The position numbers were made by a program, and so were the translations under genes. A stretch of DNA of 64,000 nucleotides. It comes from Sphyrna mokarran. Its lineage: Eukaryota. The stretch lies in contig JAGIQG010000022.1 in assembly GCA_024679065.1 (NCBI GenBank), positions 22,816,001-22,880,000 of the forward strand, in the 5' to 3' direction. Each line of letters starts with the position of its first letter. Position 1 is the first letter of the stretch. The notes under the pieces were generated by a model, which saw only the letters and a list, made by a program, of their open reading frames with translations, ran no database searches and was not told where the DNA came from. Below, one piece after another: positions 1-12,570 of this stretch.

Positions 1-343
1 CAATTGAATAGGAAAGTGTAAATCGATGAGTATTAGGCTGAGGCGATGCCAAACAACACTCAAAATTAAAGTAGAAAAACAGTCATCTAAAGAAGGAAAA
101 ATACAAATGAAGGCAGGAGCCTTTGTACAGATGCTGTTTAACCTAAAAGTATGGAAGAAATTGTTACAGCAGTGAACGATTTGGGATTAGTAAACTTTCT
201 CCCTCACAACTTGTTCTCTACCACTATGTCAATTCTGAATATGTGTTGTATTTGAAATGTTGCTTCTCAACAAACCACTTTAAACTACTTGTCTCGACCT
301 CCGCTCGCTCCCTCTCCTTAGGTAATCTGTGACTCTTGATCAA

Positions 344-633
344 AAAGTTTTATAATGTTTATTTATTAGTGTCACAAGTAGGCTTACATTAGCACTGCAA
401 TGAAGTGAAAATCCCTTATTCTGGCACCAGTTCAGCTGCAGGGAGAATTTAGCATGGCCAATGCACCTAACCAGCACGTCTTTCGGACTGTGGGAGGAAA
501 CTGGAGCACCTTGAGGAAAGCCATGCAGACACAGGGAGAATGTAAAGACTCCAAGAGTCAGTGACCAAGCACGAGAATCGAACCTGACTTCCTGGCTCTG
601 TGAGGCAGCAGTGCTAATCACCGTGCCATTGTG
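344..633 (-). mobile_element. V-SINE (HE1-like head and core) with alternative Rex1-like tail
   Basis: Minus strand has a tRNA-like head (GGCACGGTGATTAGCACTGCTGCCTCACA...GGTTCGATTC), V core (GGTTTCCTC...CCAGTTTCCTCCCACAGTCC) and tail ...CCTACTTGTGACACTAATAAATAAAC. Confidence 0.85.
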
Positions 634-2309
634 CAATTCCTAAATCTTATGCTTTAGATCTATCCTTTTTATTGTCTTGCGTCCTTATGAGCTTCATTTT
701 TATTTTGCATGAGCTTGTCAAATATTACTGAATTTGCATTTCATGTGGGTGCACAATACTCCTGTGATCTCTTAGCATGGGGTCAAAATTGACGATTGGA
801 TCCATATTGGAGACGCGGCCTCTCGTGGGTTGTCCCCACACTGAGATTTATTCAACTCCTGGAACAATGTACGAGCTTTCATTTTGTACAACTTTCAAAA
901 GCATTTTGGTAAAACTGTATTCCAATTACCGATTCTTAGTTTCCCTGCCAGCAATCCAGTTTCCATGGCAACATTTATTAGCATTGCGACTGAACATGGA
1001 GTTTTGGCTGTAAACCTCATTTAAAAAAAAGGCTAAATGACCAGAGGGGCACGTAAGCTGCTCTTGTTGAAAACATTAAGCCACGATTCACTACACCTTA
1101 CTTTTTCATTCTTCTGTTCACGAGATTAACCTACCTTGATTTTAATCACATTTTCCCCCACCAGCATGTACAAATGGGTTTATTGATTCTTTTTACTTCT
1201 GGTTCTTCACTTCATTAGCCAGAGTGTGAAAAGCTAGGTTCAAAAGATTATTATCCACTGCTCTGGGTCTTTCTTTCATGTTTTTGCGATAGCTGTAACT
1301 TGGTGTGATCATCAAAGACTCTGACTTAAGTGTCACACATACTTTTTTTTCAACTTGACACTTGATCAAAATGTCACATTATGTTAGGCCATGCAGATGA
1401 CTGAAGTCGATGGGTTGCAAAGTCGATAAAAGACAATCAAGTACTTGAAGATGAGATTTTGAGGAATGGGTCTAAAAGGAATATACACAGTTGAATGCAA
1501 TAAAGTGAACTAATTAGAAGATGCAGACTTAAATAAAATGATTGTTGCATAAATGTTTTTAGACCATGGACATTTGCTTCCAAGAAAAAGTTTGGTGTTC
1601 CATTTTAGTACACCATAGACTTTGCAAAAAGATTCATTTTGTGTTTTCATACTTTAAAAATATTTCATTCTTTGGCCATGATACATGAACTAATACATTA
1701 ACAATAGATTTCTCCTCCACTGCACACAACTTATGATTAAAGCAGGCTCATGAACTTGTGCAAATTAGGGTGCCATATGTCAGGAGGGGTCGAATGGCAT
1801 TTTAACTGGGTCCTGAGCAGGGAAAATCCCTATGGCATTCTCACCAGTTTGAGGCAGTTTTGTGTTGATCTTCAAACAGGTTAAGTGCAAAATGCTCCTT
1901 CTGTGGTGCAAAGAGGAGCAGAAGTAGTTCTCCAGGCAAAGTGGAGAAAGATGCAGCCCTCTCTTCCAGTTAACTCTTCTTTTCAACATGTTTGGAAACT
2001 GCTTCCTGATAATTGTCTGCTGAGGGCTTCTCAAAATCCTGGTCCTCACTGGAAGTGGACTAGAGGCATTTAAACGAAGCACAAGAGGTGAAAGATCTTG
2101 AGCTCAAAACCAATGCCTACATTTGGCATTCACCTGAAGCTGTCCCTGCTAGCCAGGAATCCACACAGGTTAAATTCAGTCTCTAAGTCTCTGCAGCATC
2201 TCTCTGAGGTGACGTGATCTCTGAGATCATGAGGGGTACTTTATAGATGCCGATCCCTCCAACCTTGTCTTCCTCTCAAATGAACCCAATATTAATTGGC
2301 ATTTATACA

Positions 2310-2460
2310 TATTTTTATTCATTGGTTGGACATGGGTTCACTGGCTGGATAGCATTTATTGCCCATCTGTAATTGCCCTTGAGAAAATGATGGTGAACTG
2401 CTTACTTAAACGGTGCAGTCCATATGCTGTGAATTGACCCGTGATGCCATCAAGGAGAGA
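2310..2460 (-). mobile_element. 3' end of CR1/L2-group LINE (tail shared with tRNA-SINE family 2)
   Basis: Minus strand CTCAAGGGCAATTACAGATGGGCAATAAATGC...AATGAATAAAA; same tail at 27650-27805 and on family-2 SINEs. Confidence 0.6.
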
Positions 2461-3654
2461 ATTATGGTGCTGATTTAGAGGGCACAGAAGGTATGACCAT
2501 GTGTGGGAAATAACATCCTCTCAGCTCATGTAGAAGTTTGTTACATGGCATCAGCACCCTGCAATCAGGCATGGAGCATAAAAGATATTGAGGCAGGAGT
2601 CTGAGACATCAGCAGCTCTGAGGGTTGGATACATTGAGGCTTGTACATTGAGGCCTCAGTTATTTCAAAGATCTTCTCCAGCTTTCTCTCCTGTAGATTG
2701 GAGATGCACTAAGCTGCAGCCCTACAGCAGGAGTGGTGATGTATGGGTCATCACTCTCAAGATGAAGGCAACATCATACAAATCTTTCAGCAGATCCTGG
2801 GTCGATACTGCTGACAGTGAAATAGGACTATTGAGCTTCAAGCACCCTCTCCTCAGGTCCATATCCTCTCCTTTAATAAGCGGTTGAACTGTTGTACATT
2901 TGCCCTCCCAGATGTTGAGCTACCTAACAGCAGTGTAATTAATGCTCACCTCACCAATTGTAAAGTAGTGAAGTCTGGTTATGAATATTCATAATACTCC
3001 GTGTTGATGTGCAGCCAAGACCTTCCCGATCTGGGCCAGAACCCAAAAGCAAATCTACAATATTTCACCAGCAAAGCAAATTTCAAACTGACTTTCTTCA
3101 GAAAGACACTTCTGGCTAATTTTCAAAATTATTCTTCCCCTCCACCCCCGCACCCCTCTGCAGAAAGGGAAATATCCCACCGATAGTTATATGGACACAA
3201 GGAAAGTCAGAAAGAGTTTACAACTTATATTGTATACAAACCTTAACAACTTTTCTACTTTTGAAATTTCTGATTCTCAACTAAAGCCCAATATACACAT
3301 GATACCTGATGCTGTGATGCATGACTTTTTCTAACTGAAAGGTTAGCAGTAGAAATTGGATTCATTGTGCTGATCTCCAGAATCCTTTGGATGCTTTTCA
3401 AGCTCAAATAAAACGATGGCATTTCTTTGTTTCATAAGCCAACTTTTTATTGATTTCAGTTTCTGCTTATCCCTCCCAGTATCCTCAGGGCACAATAGAC
3501 TGATTCAGAACTCTCTGCACTCCCACTGCAGCTACCAAACATTCTCACAAAAAGTATCCATCAGTTTTTCATCTTTATCGTTGATCACCTTGCTGGTAAC
3601 CTTGCTTTTCTCTTTTTACCTCTCTCTCTCTCACTTCCCATGAGGAACTGCTGA

Positions 3655-4040
3655 AGTTGATTCGATTTATTACTGTCACATGCACAGTGAAAAGTATTAT
3701 TTCTTGTGCAGACAAAGCACACCGTTCGTAGAGAAGGAAAGGAGAGAGTGCAAAATGTAGCATTACAGTTATAGTTAAGATGTAGGGAAAAACCAACTTA
3801 ATGCAAGATAGGTCCATTCAAAAGTTTGACAGCACTAGGAAAGATGCTGTTCTTGAGTTGATTGGTGCATGACCTCAGACTTTTGTACCTTTTTCCCAAT
3901 AGAAGAGACAATGTCCAAGGTGCGTGGGTTTCTTAATTATGCTGGCTGCTTTTCCAAGGCAGCTGGAAGTGCAGACAGAGTCGATGGATAGGAGGCTGGT
4001 TTGCCTGATGGATTGGGCTATATTCTCAACCATTTGTGGT
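3655..4040 (-). mobile_element. Rex1/Babar-like LINE 3' fragment
   Basis: Reverse complement of the 3' part of 60870-61610 (GAAAAGCAGCCAGCATAATTAAG...CTTTTCACTGTGCATGTGACAGTAATAAATC). Confidence 0.7.
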
Positions 4041-4457
4041 TTCTTTTTGTAGATCTTGGCTGCACTTCAATTTCTTGTAATTTCCTCTCAGTCTGAAGTT
4101 TGTGATGTTGCTTAGGGAGGAAAAACAAATGTTACACTTGGATATCAGGATCCTGAATTTCCTCAACGTTTAATGCACCAGAATGTTATGCTGCACTCCA
4201 AAATGGTGAAATTCCAGGAAAAGTTCATTTGAAACCAAAGTGCCATATGATCTGACGTCATTACATTTTAAAAGTACCATGAGCACGGTAAATGTATTTC
4301 AACATAGAAAAAGGGAGGCGTTATATTTTGTTCAGAAAAATAGGGTGGTCACCTATGAAAGGTTAAAACGTATACAGGGAGGTGGCGCGAAGAAATCTGG
4401 GACTTACAGATGCACAAATCACCTAAAGTAGCAGACAGATAAAGACTATTACAACAA

Positions 4458-4772
4458 ATGGTGGCACAGTGGTTAGCACTGCTGCCTCACAGCACCAAGG
4501 ACCGGGGTTCGATTCTAGCCTTGGGTGATGTCTTTGTGGAGTTTGCATATTTTCTCCGTGTCTGCATGGATTTCCTTTGGGTGCTCCAGTTTCCTCTCTC
4601 TCAAACCAAAGATGTGCAGGTTAGGTGGATTGGCCATGCTAAATTGCCCCTTAGTGTCCCCAGATGTCTAGTTAAGTGGAATTAGCAGGGCCTGGATGGG
4701 AAGGTCTGTCGGCGAGTCACACAAACTCGATGGGCTGTATGGCCTTTTTCTGCATAATAAGGATTCTATGAA
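4458..4772 (+). mobile_element. HE1-type V-SINE, near full length
   Basis: A-box TGGCACAGTGG, B-box GGTTCGATTC, V core GTGGAGTTTGCATATTTTCTCCGTG, CR1-like tail GGCCTTTTTCTGCA...GGATTCTATG. Confidence 0.9.
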
Positions 4773-4789
4773 ACCAAGCACAAAAAATT

Positions 4790-5195
4790 ATTTCTAGAGG
4801 GCTAGGAATGATAAGAGAGATTATGCTAAACTTGTATCAAACACTTGGAGCACTGTATACATTTCTGGTTACCATTATCATAGAATAGCCTGCATTGACA
4901 ACAATCCCATTCAGGCCCTATCTCCCTAACCCCACGTATTTATCCTGCTAGTCCCCCTGACTCAAAGGTCAATTTAGCATAGCCAATCAACCTAACCCAC
5001 ACATCTTTGGACTTTTATCCCAGAAAAAATATAGAGGCATTGGAGAAGGTTGAAAAAAGATTTATGAGGATTATAATATCATAGCAGTGAGGTTACACAT
5101 ATCAGGAGAGGATAAACAAACTGAGTCTCTTCCCAAGAGAAGGCTGAAGGGGTATACCCAACGGATGTCTTTAAAACAATGAAAGGTTTTGATAG
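4790..5195 (+). mobile_element. Old CR1 ORF2 3' fragment, interrupted by a partial minus-strand HE1 (4878-5012); resumes ~6190-6305
   Basis: Degenerate LYxxL..LEHCIHFW and IEALEKVxKRF coding traces. Confidence 0.6.
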
Positions 5196-5286
5196 AGAGG
5201 GGGTGGAACAGCAGGGTCTTCTTGTCGTGTCGATGGCAACCTCCTGTGGACGGCCTCTCTGGCAGTGCAGCCAACAAAGAACACAA

Positions 5287-6085
5287 AATACTGTACACAT
5301 TGCTGGGACCAGAAGCCAAAAGAGAAAATGCTGGAAAATCTCAGCAGGTCTGGCAGCATCTGTAAGCATCAAATCCAGATGACCCTTTGTCAAAACTAAA
5401 AGGCATAGAAAGTGGGAGATATTTATACTGCAGGGTGAGGGAATGAAAGATTAGTCATAACCACAGAAACCAGGGGGAAAAAGCTGCTAATAGCTGTCCA
5501 CAGAATAAAGACTGTGAATGGCCTAATGGCAGAGAAGCAGTAGGCTGTGACAGATGAAGATATTGGAGGGGGTGGGGGTAGGAAGGAATAAGAGGTAGAA
5601 TGTAGAAAAGGGGAATTGGGGGGAGAAAAGTAAGGGAAAGAAGATGAAGTTGGTGGAAATAGTGGGGGAGAAGAAAAATGAAGAAAGACAATAAAGTAAT
5701 AAAGGTAGAGAAAAAATTGAATAAAATAGACAAAAACAAAGGGGCTGAGGTGAGAGAGAGCAAATTATCTGAATTTGTTGAATTTGATATTAAGACTGGA
5801 AGGCTGTAAAGTATCTAGCCTGAAGATGAGATGATCTTCCTCCAGTTTGTGTTGAGCTTCACTGGAACATTGCAGCAAACCAAGGACAGACATGTGGGCA
5901 GGGGAGCAGGATCATGTGTTAAAATGGCAAGCAACCGGAAGGTCAGGGTCCTGATTGCGCACAGACCAAAGGTGCTCGGCAAAGTGATCACCCATTCTAC
6001 AATTGGTCCCTTCAATATAGAGGAGACCACATTGGGAGCAGTGAATGCAATACACCAAATTGAAAGGGTTGCAAGTGGGACTAGA
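5287..6085 (-). mobile_element. Penelope-like element 3' part (GIY-YIG endonuclease remnant, pyrimidine-rich tract, terminal repeat)
   Basis: ORF 5912-6118(-) TCNPFNLVYCIHCSQCGLLYIEG..RMGDHFAEHL..PVACHFN is a PLE GIY-YIG signature; paralogous to 61872-62472. Confidence 0.85.
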
Positions 6086-7241
6086 AGATCCCGCTGCTAG
6101 CCAATGGTGAGCTGACACTGGTGTTGCAAAACATGCTATGGAGGAGGCCCACCCAGAGTGTTTAACTTACGGAAAAGTGCATACCAGAGGCCATCAAAAT
6201 GAGATAGTCATCAAGAAATTAAACAGGGAACTCAGAAGAAATCTCTTTTCACAGTGAGAATGTAGAGCTCACTACCTCAAAGAACAATTGAGACAAATAG
6301 TACAGATCCTGTGGGTGCAATCTGACCAGCCATTTGCATCATGCTCTTGCTGAGGTGAGCTCAGATAACTTGATGCCCAGCCAAACCTTCATTCATTGGA
6401 GAGAGGTGGGAAAATCCCGTCAACATGAACATTCTGGCCACAGAGAGACAAACTAGATAGTATGTAAGGAAGACAGAAATAAAAAGTTATATTAATAGAC
6501 CTGAATGAGGAAGTATGGAAAGAGACTTGAATGGGAGCATAAAAGTCACATGCTTCTTTTTGTGTTGAATATTCTTGGCAATTTTGCAGAAGTGATGCTG
6601 CCTTGGTAAAGACTTCCTTTGGACAGAAAGGAAACAATGAAAAATTATCGCCTCAATCCTTACGTATTTTACAAATGCATGGTATCATCACTCCTTTTCT
6701 CAAATATCTTTTTCCAGTAACACAAGCAGTCAGAGGCTTGTTGTGCTAATGGGCACCAAAGAGGGCAGTATCTCAACAGAAGATACACAGAAGATAGCAA
6801 GGTCTGCCTTGTGGCTAACGTTGCCCATCACCAGCGTGAAAGGATTCAGAGTTAAAAATGCATTTAAGGCAATGGTCTCTTTCCTAATAACATCTAAATT
6901 TGTGTTGAAATTAAGAAGTTTGCACAGATATGCAATGGCAGCCTTGTGCAAGCACCTTTTGAACATAGATCTTTCATGTGATGTGCTTGAACAATCTTTG
7001 TTGCCTTCGGACCCTTCAAAGCTCTCAAGTATCTTCACGTGCCCACTCTGGATCAGCTGACTAGGAAGAGCAGCTTCATTGGTTCAATTTTTTTCACTAC
7101 AGTCATGGTGTAAGCATGCTGAAAATTCCTGAACTCAGCATCAGCAAGGTCGTCCTCCAGTGTAAATTAGCTTGGCAGATTGTTAGATATATTGGTGCAA
7201 CAAGTTAAATATCAGCTGTCTCTAGTTTTTGGCATGGTAAA

Positions 7242-7487
7242 GGCGGCATGGTGACACAGTGGTTAGCATTGCTGCCTCACAGCGTCAGGGACCCGGGTTG
7301 ATTCTGGTTTTGGGTAACTCTTTGGCCATGATAAGTTGTCTGTTAGTGTTCCAAGATCCCTAGGTTAAAGGGGCTACAGGGCAAATATGAGGCTGCAAAG
7401 ATAGGGCATGGTTGACATAGTCTTTGGAAAGTTGATGTAGGCTCAATGGGCCAAATGGCCTCCTTTCCCATGGTAGGGATTCAATGA
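7242..7487 (+). mobile_element. HE1-type V-SINE with internal deletion
   Basis: Head GGCGGCATGGTGACACAGTGGTTAGC and CR1-like tail are present; most of the V core is missing. Confidence 0.8.
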
Positions 7488-7885
7488 AGTGCTGAGCATA
7501 GTGAGGAAATTCAGACTTTGATTTTCCAATCTGGTGGAAACTAAATTATCAATTTGGATTATTCAAATCATGAGTGATCTGCCCTCACATCCATGAAATA
7601 TAAGTGAGAGTCAGAAACATTACAGGAACTTTGTAGAAATAAATTGTTTAAACTAAAACAGCAGGATTTTTAATGTGAAATCTTTTTTTCTTAGGTTTTT
7701 TACATTGACAGATTTATTTTACAGCACTTTTTGGTTATGTTTGCTGTTAATATTTAGGAAATAGAACTGCTTTTTGCTGTTCCTTCCTATTTGAGCTTGT
7801 TGAATGTGGTTGAAGGGAAAAAGGAAATATGTGCTTGCTATGCATGTCCATCTTTATTGCTCACAAGCACTGTGGCACCTACCTG

Positions 7886-8236
7886 TTTTTTATTTATTTG
7901 TGGGGCATGAGTGTTGCTGGCTGGCTAGCATTTATTGCCAATCTCTAGCTGCCTTAGGGCAGTTGAGAGTCAACCACATTGCTGTGGCTCTGGAGTCACA
8001 TGTAGGCCAGACCTGGTAAGTTCAGCAGATTTTCTTCGCTAAAGAACATTAGTGAACCAGATGGGTTTTTCTGACAACAAAGAATAGTTTCATGGTCATC
8101 ATTAGACACTTTAATTCCAATATTTTAAATTGAATTTAAACTCCACTATTAGCTGTGGTGGGATTTGAACTCGGGTCTGCAGAACATTAGTTGAGTTTAA
8201 TTGTCTAACAATAATACCACTAGGCCATTGCCTCCT
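7886..8236 (-). mobile_element. tRNA-derived SINE family 2
   Basis: Minus strand GGAGGCAATGGCCTAGTGG...GAGTTCAAATCCC...AACCCATCTGGTTCACTAATG...GCAATAAATGC; homologous to 24289-24632. Confidence 0.85.
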
Positions 8237-8824
8237 CTGAGGATAATTGTCATCATAACCCTGTTTCTCCAGGAAGACAGTGACATAATTTTCTACCTGC
8301 TGCAGTCTGGTACTTAGACAATGCCAACCACAAAGAGAGCTCTGCGGTTCCTCTTCAAGTTAAGGAATCATGACTTGTGCCCCAGGCTCAATGCATCTAC
8401 AGGGAACATCAGCAACATTAGTGCACAGCTACACCAAGCAAGCAGAACACACAGCTTTATCATTCTTAGAATCTCAGCATCAAAATGAAAGGTGAATTTT
8501 CTGCATCCCACCGTTCCTTTCTCTCCAACCAGGGGCCAGTAGATAATGATCGTGCAGCTCCATCCCCATCTCCCAGAGAAAACTATTGATGCTTTCATTT
8601 TAAGAAAATAGATCAACTGAAAGCAAAAGAAGCTGCTTCAACCTTAACTTTTCACGCTTTTCTGACAACTGCATGGACACAAACGTTTTTAATGCAGCTG
8701 CCGGTTTAATAATTGAGCCAGCACTCAGATACTTGGATTTATCAGTCGATGAACTGAAACACAGTTCTACCAGTATATTTGATGTTATACCCTGCATGCT
8801 GCCTCCTGCATCCACCATTTTAGT

Positions 8825-9120
8825 TCATAGAATTCCTACAGTGCAGAAGAAGGCCTTTTGGCCCATCGAGTCTGCATCAACAACAATCCCACCCTATCCC
8901 CGTAATCCCACATATTTGCCTTGCTAATCCTCCTGACACAAAGGAGCAATTTACCTTAGCCAATCCATCTAACCTTCACATCTTTGGACTTTGGAAGGAA
9001 ACCAGAGCACGCAGAGGAAACCCACGCAGACACGAGGAGAATGTGCAAATTCCTCACAGACAGTCACCCAAGGCTGGAATCGAACCTGGATCCTTGGCAC
9101 TGTGTGCCATCATGCTGCCC
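8825..9120 (-). mobile_element. HE1-type V-SINE
   Basis: Reverse-complement head, core and CR1-like tail. Confidence 0.88.
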
Positions 9121-9707
9121 ATGATGATGTGGCTATAGAAAGGGTCATGCGTCGGGAGTGCAGGTGTTCTTCCTAGGGGTATAGGCGGAGTACAAGTCTG
9201 GAGTAGCCACTCAGCTGGTGAATAAAGTGGTGTTTGTTGTAAGTCCTTATTGTCAGTGTTTGGGAGCCCAGCACTTTTATATAGAGGGGAAAAAAATTAC
9301 CGAAAACATAAAGAGATCATAAAGATTCATGGTCACTACAGGAAACTGTTGGGTATCAAGATGTTTCACCATATGTTCCCGCACTTATGCAGTCGGCCCA
9401 TCTGTCTTCAGGGAACTTTAAAGATTTTGATGATCTTTTCTGTGGTTATTAAACCAACAGCTGTTGTCATTAATGGAGAATACGCTTTTTTGCAGTTCAC
9501 AAACTCTTATGATAAATCCAACCTTGCCTTCTAATATTTTTCCTTAATTGCCATTTATTAAAAAAAACCTACAGTAAGCCTTATGTAGATTAATTACCAG
9601 TGTCCTTGTAGAAGATGACACTGCAATTAACCCAGGTTTATTGTTGGTACATCTCAACAATGCTTCAAGCTTGGTCAATTTACACCTAAATTGTTTTGGT
9701 TGAATTG

Positions 9708-9955
9708 GGTGGCATGGTGGCACAGTGTGTAAACACTACTGCCCCTCAACACTATGGATCTGGGTTCAATTCCCAAATTGGGTCACTCTGCAGAGTTTGC
9801 GCATTCTCCCCATATCTGCATGAGTTTCCTTTGAGTGCTCTGGTTTTCTCCCACAGTCTGAAACTCGTGCTGGTTAGGTGTATTGGTCATGTTGAATTCT
9901 TTGTCAGTGTACCTGAACAGGAGCCAGAGTGCGGCAATTAGGAGATTTTCACAAG
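9708..9955 (+). mobile_element. V-SINE, alternative-tail subfamily
   Basis: Head and core followed by CAGTGTACCTGAACAGG...GGAGATTTTCACA. Confidence 0.8.
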
Positions 9956-10028
9956 CTATAAAATATGGCAATGGATGGCACCTTTGCCATGGATGGAGAC
10001 CTAATTCCTGTATTTAAGATATCAGCAT

Positions 10029-10155
10029 TGGCTTAGTGATACTATTTTCACTTCTGACTTGACAAAGGATATTCCCGATGTGGTGCACATCATCTGACTT
10101 GTCCCTATCGAGGGACCCCTTCACTGGTCAGAGGTTCTGTCTTCGAGATGAGACA
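10029..10155 (+). mobile_element. Old Deu-domain SINE fragment (SacSINE1/AmnSINE1-like)
   Basis: GAGGGA....CACTG.TCAGAGGTTCTGTCTTCGAGATGAGAC resembles the Deu domain; other probable pieces near 32150, 40620, 45945 and 52585. Confidence 0.45.
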
Positions 10156-10224
10156 ATGGCTGAAAGAAATTTGACTTTGGATCTCATTTATATGTGAGTG
10201 TGATGCAGGTGACCCAGTATAAAT

Positions 10225-10562
10225 TTGAATTATAAGGAGAAGCTGGATAGACTGAGATTTTTTTCCCCTGGTGTATGAGGGGATGAGGGGCTGACCTTAT
10301 AGAGGTCTAATAAATCATTAGGGGCATAGATAAGGTGAATAGCCAAAGCCACTTCCTCCAAGTAGGAGAGTCCAAAACTAGAAGGCATAGGTTTAAGGTG
10401 AGAGGGGAAAGATTTAAAAGGGACCTGTGGGGCAACAATTTCACACAGAGGGTGGCATGTATATGCGATGAGTTGCCGGAGGAGATGGTACAGTTACAAC
10501 ATTTAAAAAATATTTGGACAGGTACAATGATGGGAAGGGTTTAGAAGGATATGGGTCAAATG
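10225..10562 (+). mobile_element. Old CR1 ORF2 3' end
   Basis: ORF 10335-10544 SKTRRHRFKVRGERFKRDLWGNNFTQRV matches the CR1 C-terminus. Confidence 0.85.
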
Positions 10563-10739
10563 AAACTAGTTAAAATCATGGAATCATAAAATCGTATCTT
10601 GGCCAACATTTGTCTCTCGACCAACAGCATTTCCAATTAAATGATTGGATCATTTAGCTCACTGCTGTTTTTATTCTGGTACTTTAATTCTAATCAAAAA
10701 AATCAATTCAAATGAAGTACAAGCATGTTCCTAACGGTT

Positions 10740-11021
10740 GGCATGGTGATACAATTGTTAGCACTGCTGCCTCACAGTGCCAGGGATCCAGGTCACTGTC
10801 TGTGTGGAGTTTGTACATCCACTCTGTGTCTGTGTGAGTTTCCTCCCATAGTCCAAAGATGTGTGAGTTAACTTGATTGGGTATGCTAAATTGACCCTAA
10901 TGTCAAGGAGGATTTGCAGGGTAAATATGTGGGGTTTTGGAAATAGGGCCTGTGTGGTATTGCAGTCAGTACAAACTCGATGGGTCAAATGGCCTCCTTT
11001 TGTACTGTAGAGATTCTATGA
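10740..11021 (+). mobile_element. HE1-type V-SINE
   Basis: Head, core and CR1-like tail ending GATTCTATG. Confidence 0.88.
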
Positions 11022-11387
11022 GAGATTTTTATGAAGGACAAACAAGATCCAAGCTGACATGATGAGGCATTGCAACCTCCCCCAAGTTTGATCAAATTTT
11101 CAACTTAGCCAAAAGGGCAAAATGGCTTTGAAAGAATATATAAGGTAATGCTTTTTTGTCCACCCTGATTAATTACTCTGCCCTAGTTTAGGCAAATCAC
11201 CATTGCAGGCATCAGCATAGTGCAATGGGCTAGTAAAATTGACCAGTAAAGCCCTTTGTTGTTTGCAGAGGTCATTAAGGGTGCTACATAGATGTAAATT
11301 TGTTACATCAATTGAGACCTGATTTGGACTAATGATAGTGGGCAAAGACCACACTTTCTTAGCAGTAGCTTTTTGTTAGTTTTATTT

Positions 11388-11650
11388 TTTAACATGTGCA
11401 ATGAGCACCAAGCCAGGCGATAGCTTCCGTAATGGCTAAATGGTGCTGTGTGAACGCTTGACTGAAATTTGCCAGGGAACAGTCTTCAATGATGTGAATC
11501 ATTGACTGGAAAGCACTATGGCTGCATCCAGCTTCCCAGCAAAGCCCCATTGTGCCAATTTGCTGCACAAGTCTTTGGCCAGTGCGAGAACAAGTGAGAA
11601 TGACCAATGTTGGACACTTGAAATGAATTCAACTAATGTCAACCCATTTT
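11388..11650 (-). mobile_element. Decayed Vingi/Ingi-like LINE C-terminal (CCHC) fragment
   Basis: Frameshifted peptides VIL..SRTGQ / CAANWH.WG / C...QSMIHIIEDCSL..F......H.A..EAIAWL match the W..LNR.RTG..C...HKWG..C.CG..QT..HI..CP pattern. Confidence 0.55.
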
Positions 11651-11905
11651 CTTGGGAGGGTGCAGCATGAAATATGCTTACCCTTAGACAATGTTGAGCA
11701 GTATTTGTTCTTAAAAGATAAAAGGAAATACTTCCCAGTATGTTCATGGAGAGAGTCATTTATGATTTGAAATGAAATGGTGGAGGAATATAATGGCCCA
11801 GATTTTGTAATCGTGTTGAAGGCAAAACTCTTGGTGATCACCATCAATACACTTGCAATACTAACAACAGCTTCTCATATCCACTGTTCAGTGCAAAAAT
11901 TCAGA

Positions 11906-12226
11906 AATGGCACAATGGTTAGCACCACTGCCTCATGGTGCCGGGGACTGGGGTTCAATTCTGTGTGGAGTTTGCACATTTTCCCTAGGCCTGTGTGGGT
12001 TTCTTCCAGGTCCTCAAGTTTCCTCCCATAATCCAAAGATGTGTAGGTTAGGTGGATTGGCTATGCTGAATTGTCCGTTAGTGTTCCATGATATGTAGGT
12101 TACATGGATTAGCCATGGTAAATTTGTGGGTTATAGAGATGGAAGGAGAAAGGGCATGGGTAAGATACTCTGTCAGAATTAGTGCAGAAGCGATGGACTG
12201 AGTGGCCTATTCTGCACTCTCAGGAT
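11906..12226 (+). mobile_element. HE1-type V-SINE
   Basis: Head, core and tail all recognisable. Confidence 0.85.
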
Positions 12227-12393
12227 TGAAAAAAAATGCTGTCAAATATTCCCTGTTCCTCACAGAGTGCATTGTTAAGGAGCTTGTGGATAAAATCTTT
12301 ACAAATCACTTAAATTGGCGTGAACTTCCATTTTTTACAGTCCAATTGCATTCCAAATATCTCCTTCCAAAAAAGTCATGCTTCATTGAATGA

Positions 12394-12570
12394 ACACAGT
12401 AACAAGTCTCACAACCCAGGTGAAGTCTTACAACACCAGATCACTTACCTGATGAAGGAGCGGTGCTCCAAAAACTCACGATTCCAAAAAAAATGTTGGA
12501 TTTTAACCTGTTGTTGTCAGACTACTTACTGTGCCCACCCCAATCCAATGCCGGCATCTCCACAGCATTG
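12394..12570 (+). mobile_element. Short PLE-derived inverted-repeat element (family A) with decayed hammerhead; 8-bp TSD
   Basis: GTAACAAGTCTCACAAC...CTGATGAAGGAGCGGTGCTCCAAAA...GTTGTCAGACTACTTAC plus tail TGTGCCCACCCC; TTGAATGA at 12386-12393 and 12571-12578. Confidence 0.75.

Larger units (their letters stand above)
6550..8820 (-). mobile_element. Possible highly decayed hAT transposase, interrupted by SINEs
   Basis: Scattered peptides FTFHFDAE..K..VLLAW (~8480), KAAIAYLCKLLNF (~6930) and YWKKIFEKRSDD..KY (~6700) occur in hAT-like order. Inference only. Confidence 0.3.

Noticed and set aside
4458-4520. tRNA gene
   Set aside because: The A/B boxes belong to SINE heads; each is followed by SINE core and tail rather than a complete cloverleaf and terminator.
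5455-5763. Hydrophobic membrane-protein-like ORFs (also 61900-62330)
   Set aside because: Translation artefact of the pyrimidine-rich 3' region of the PLE copies.
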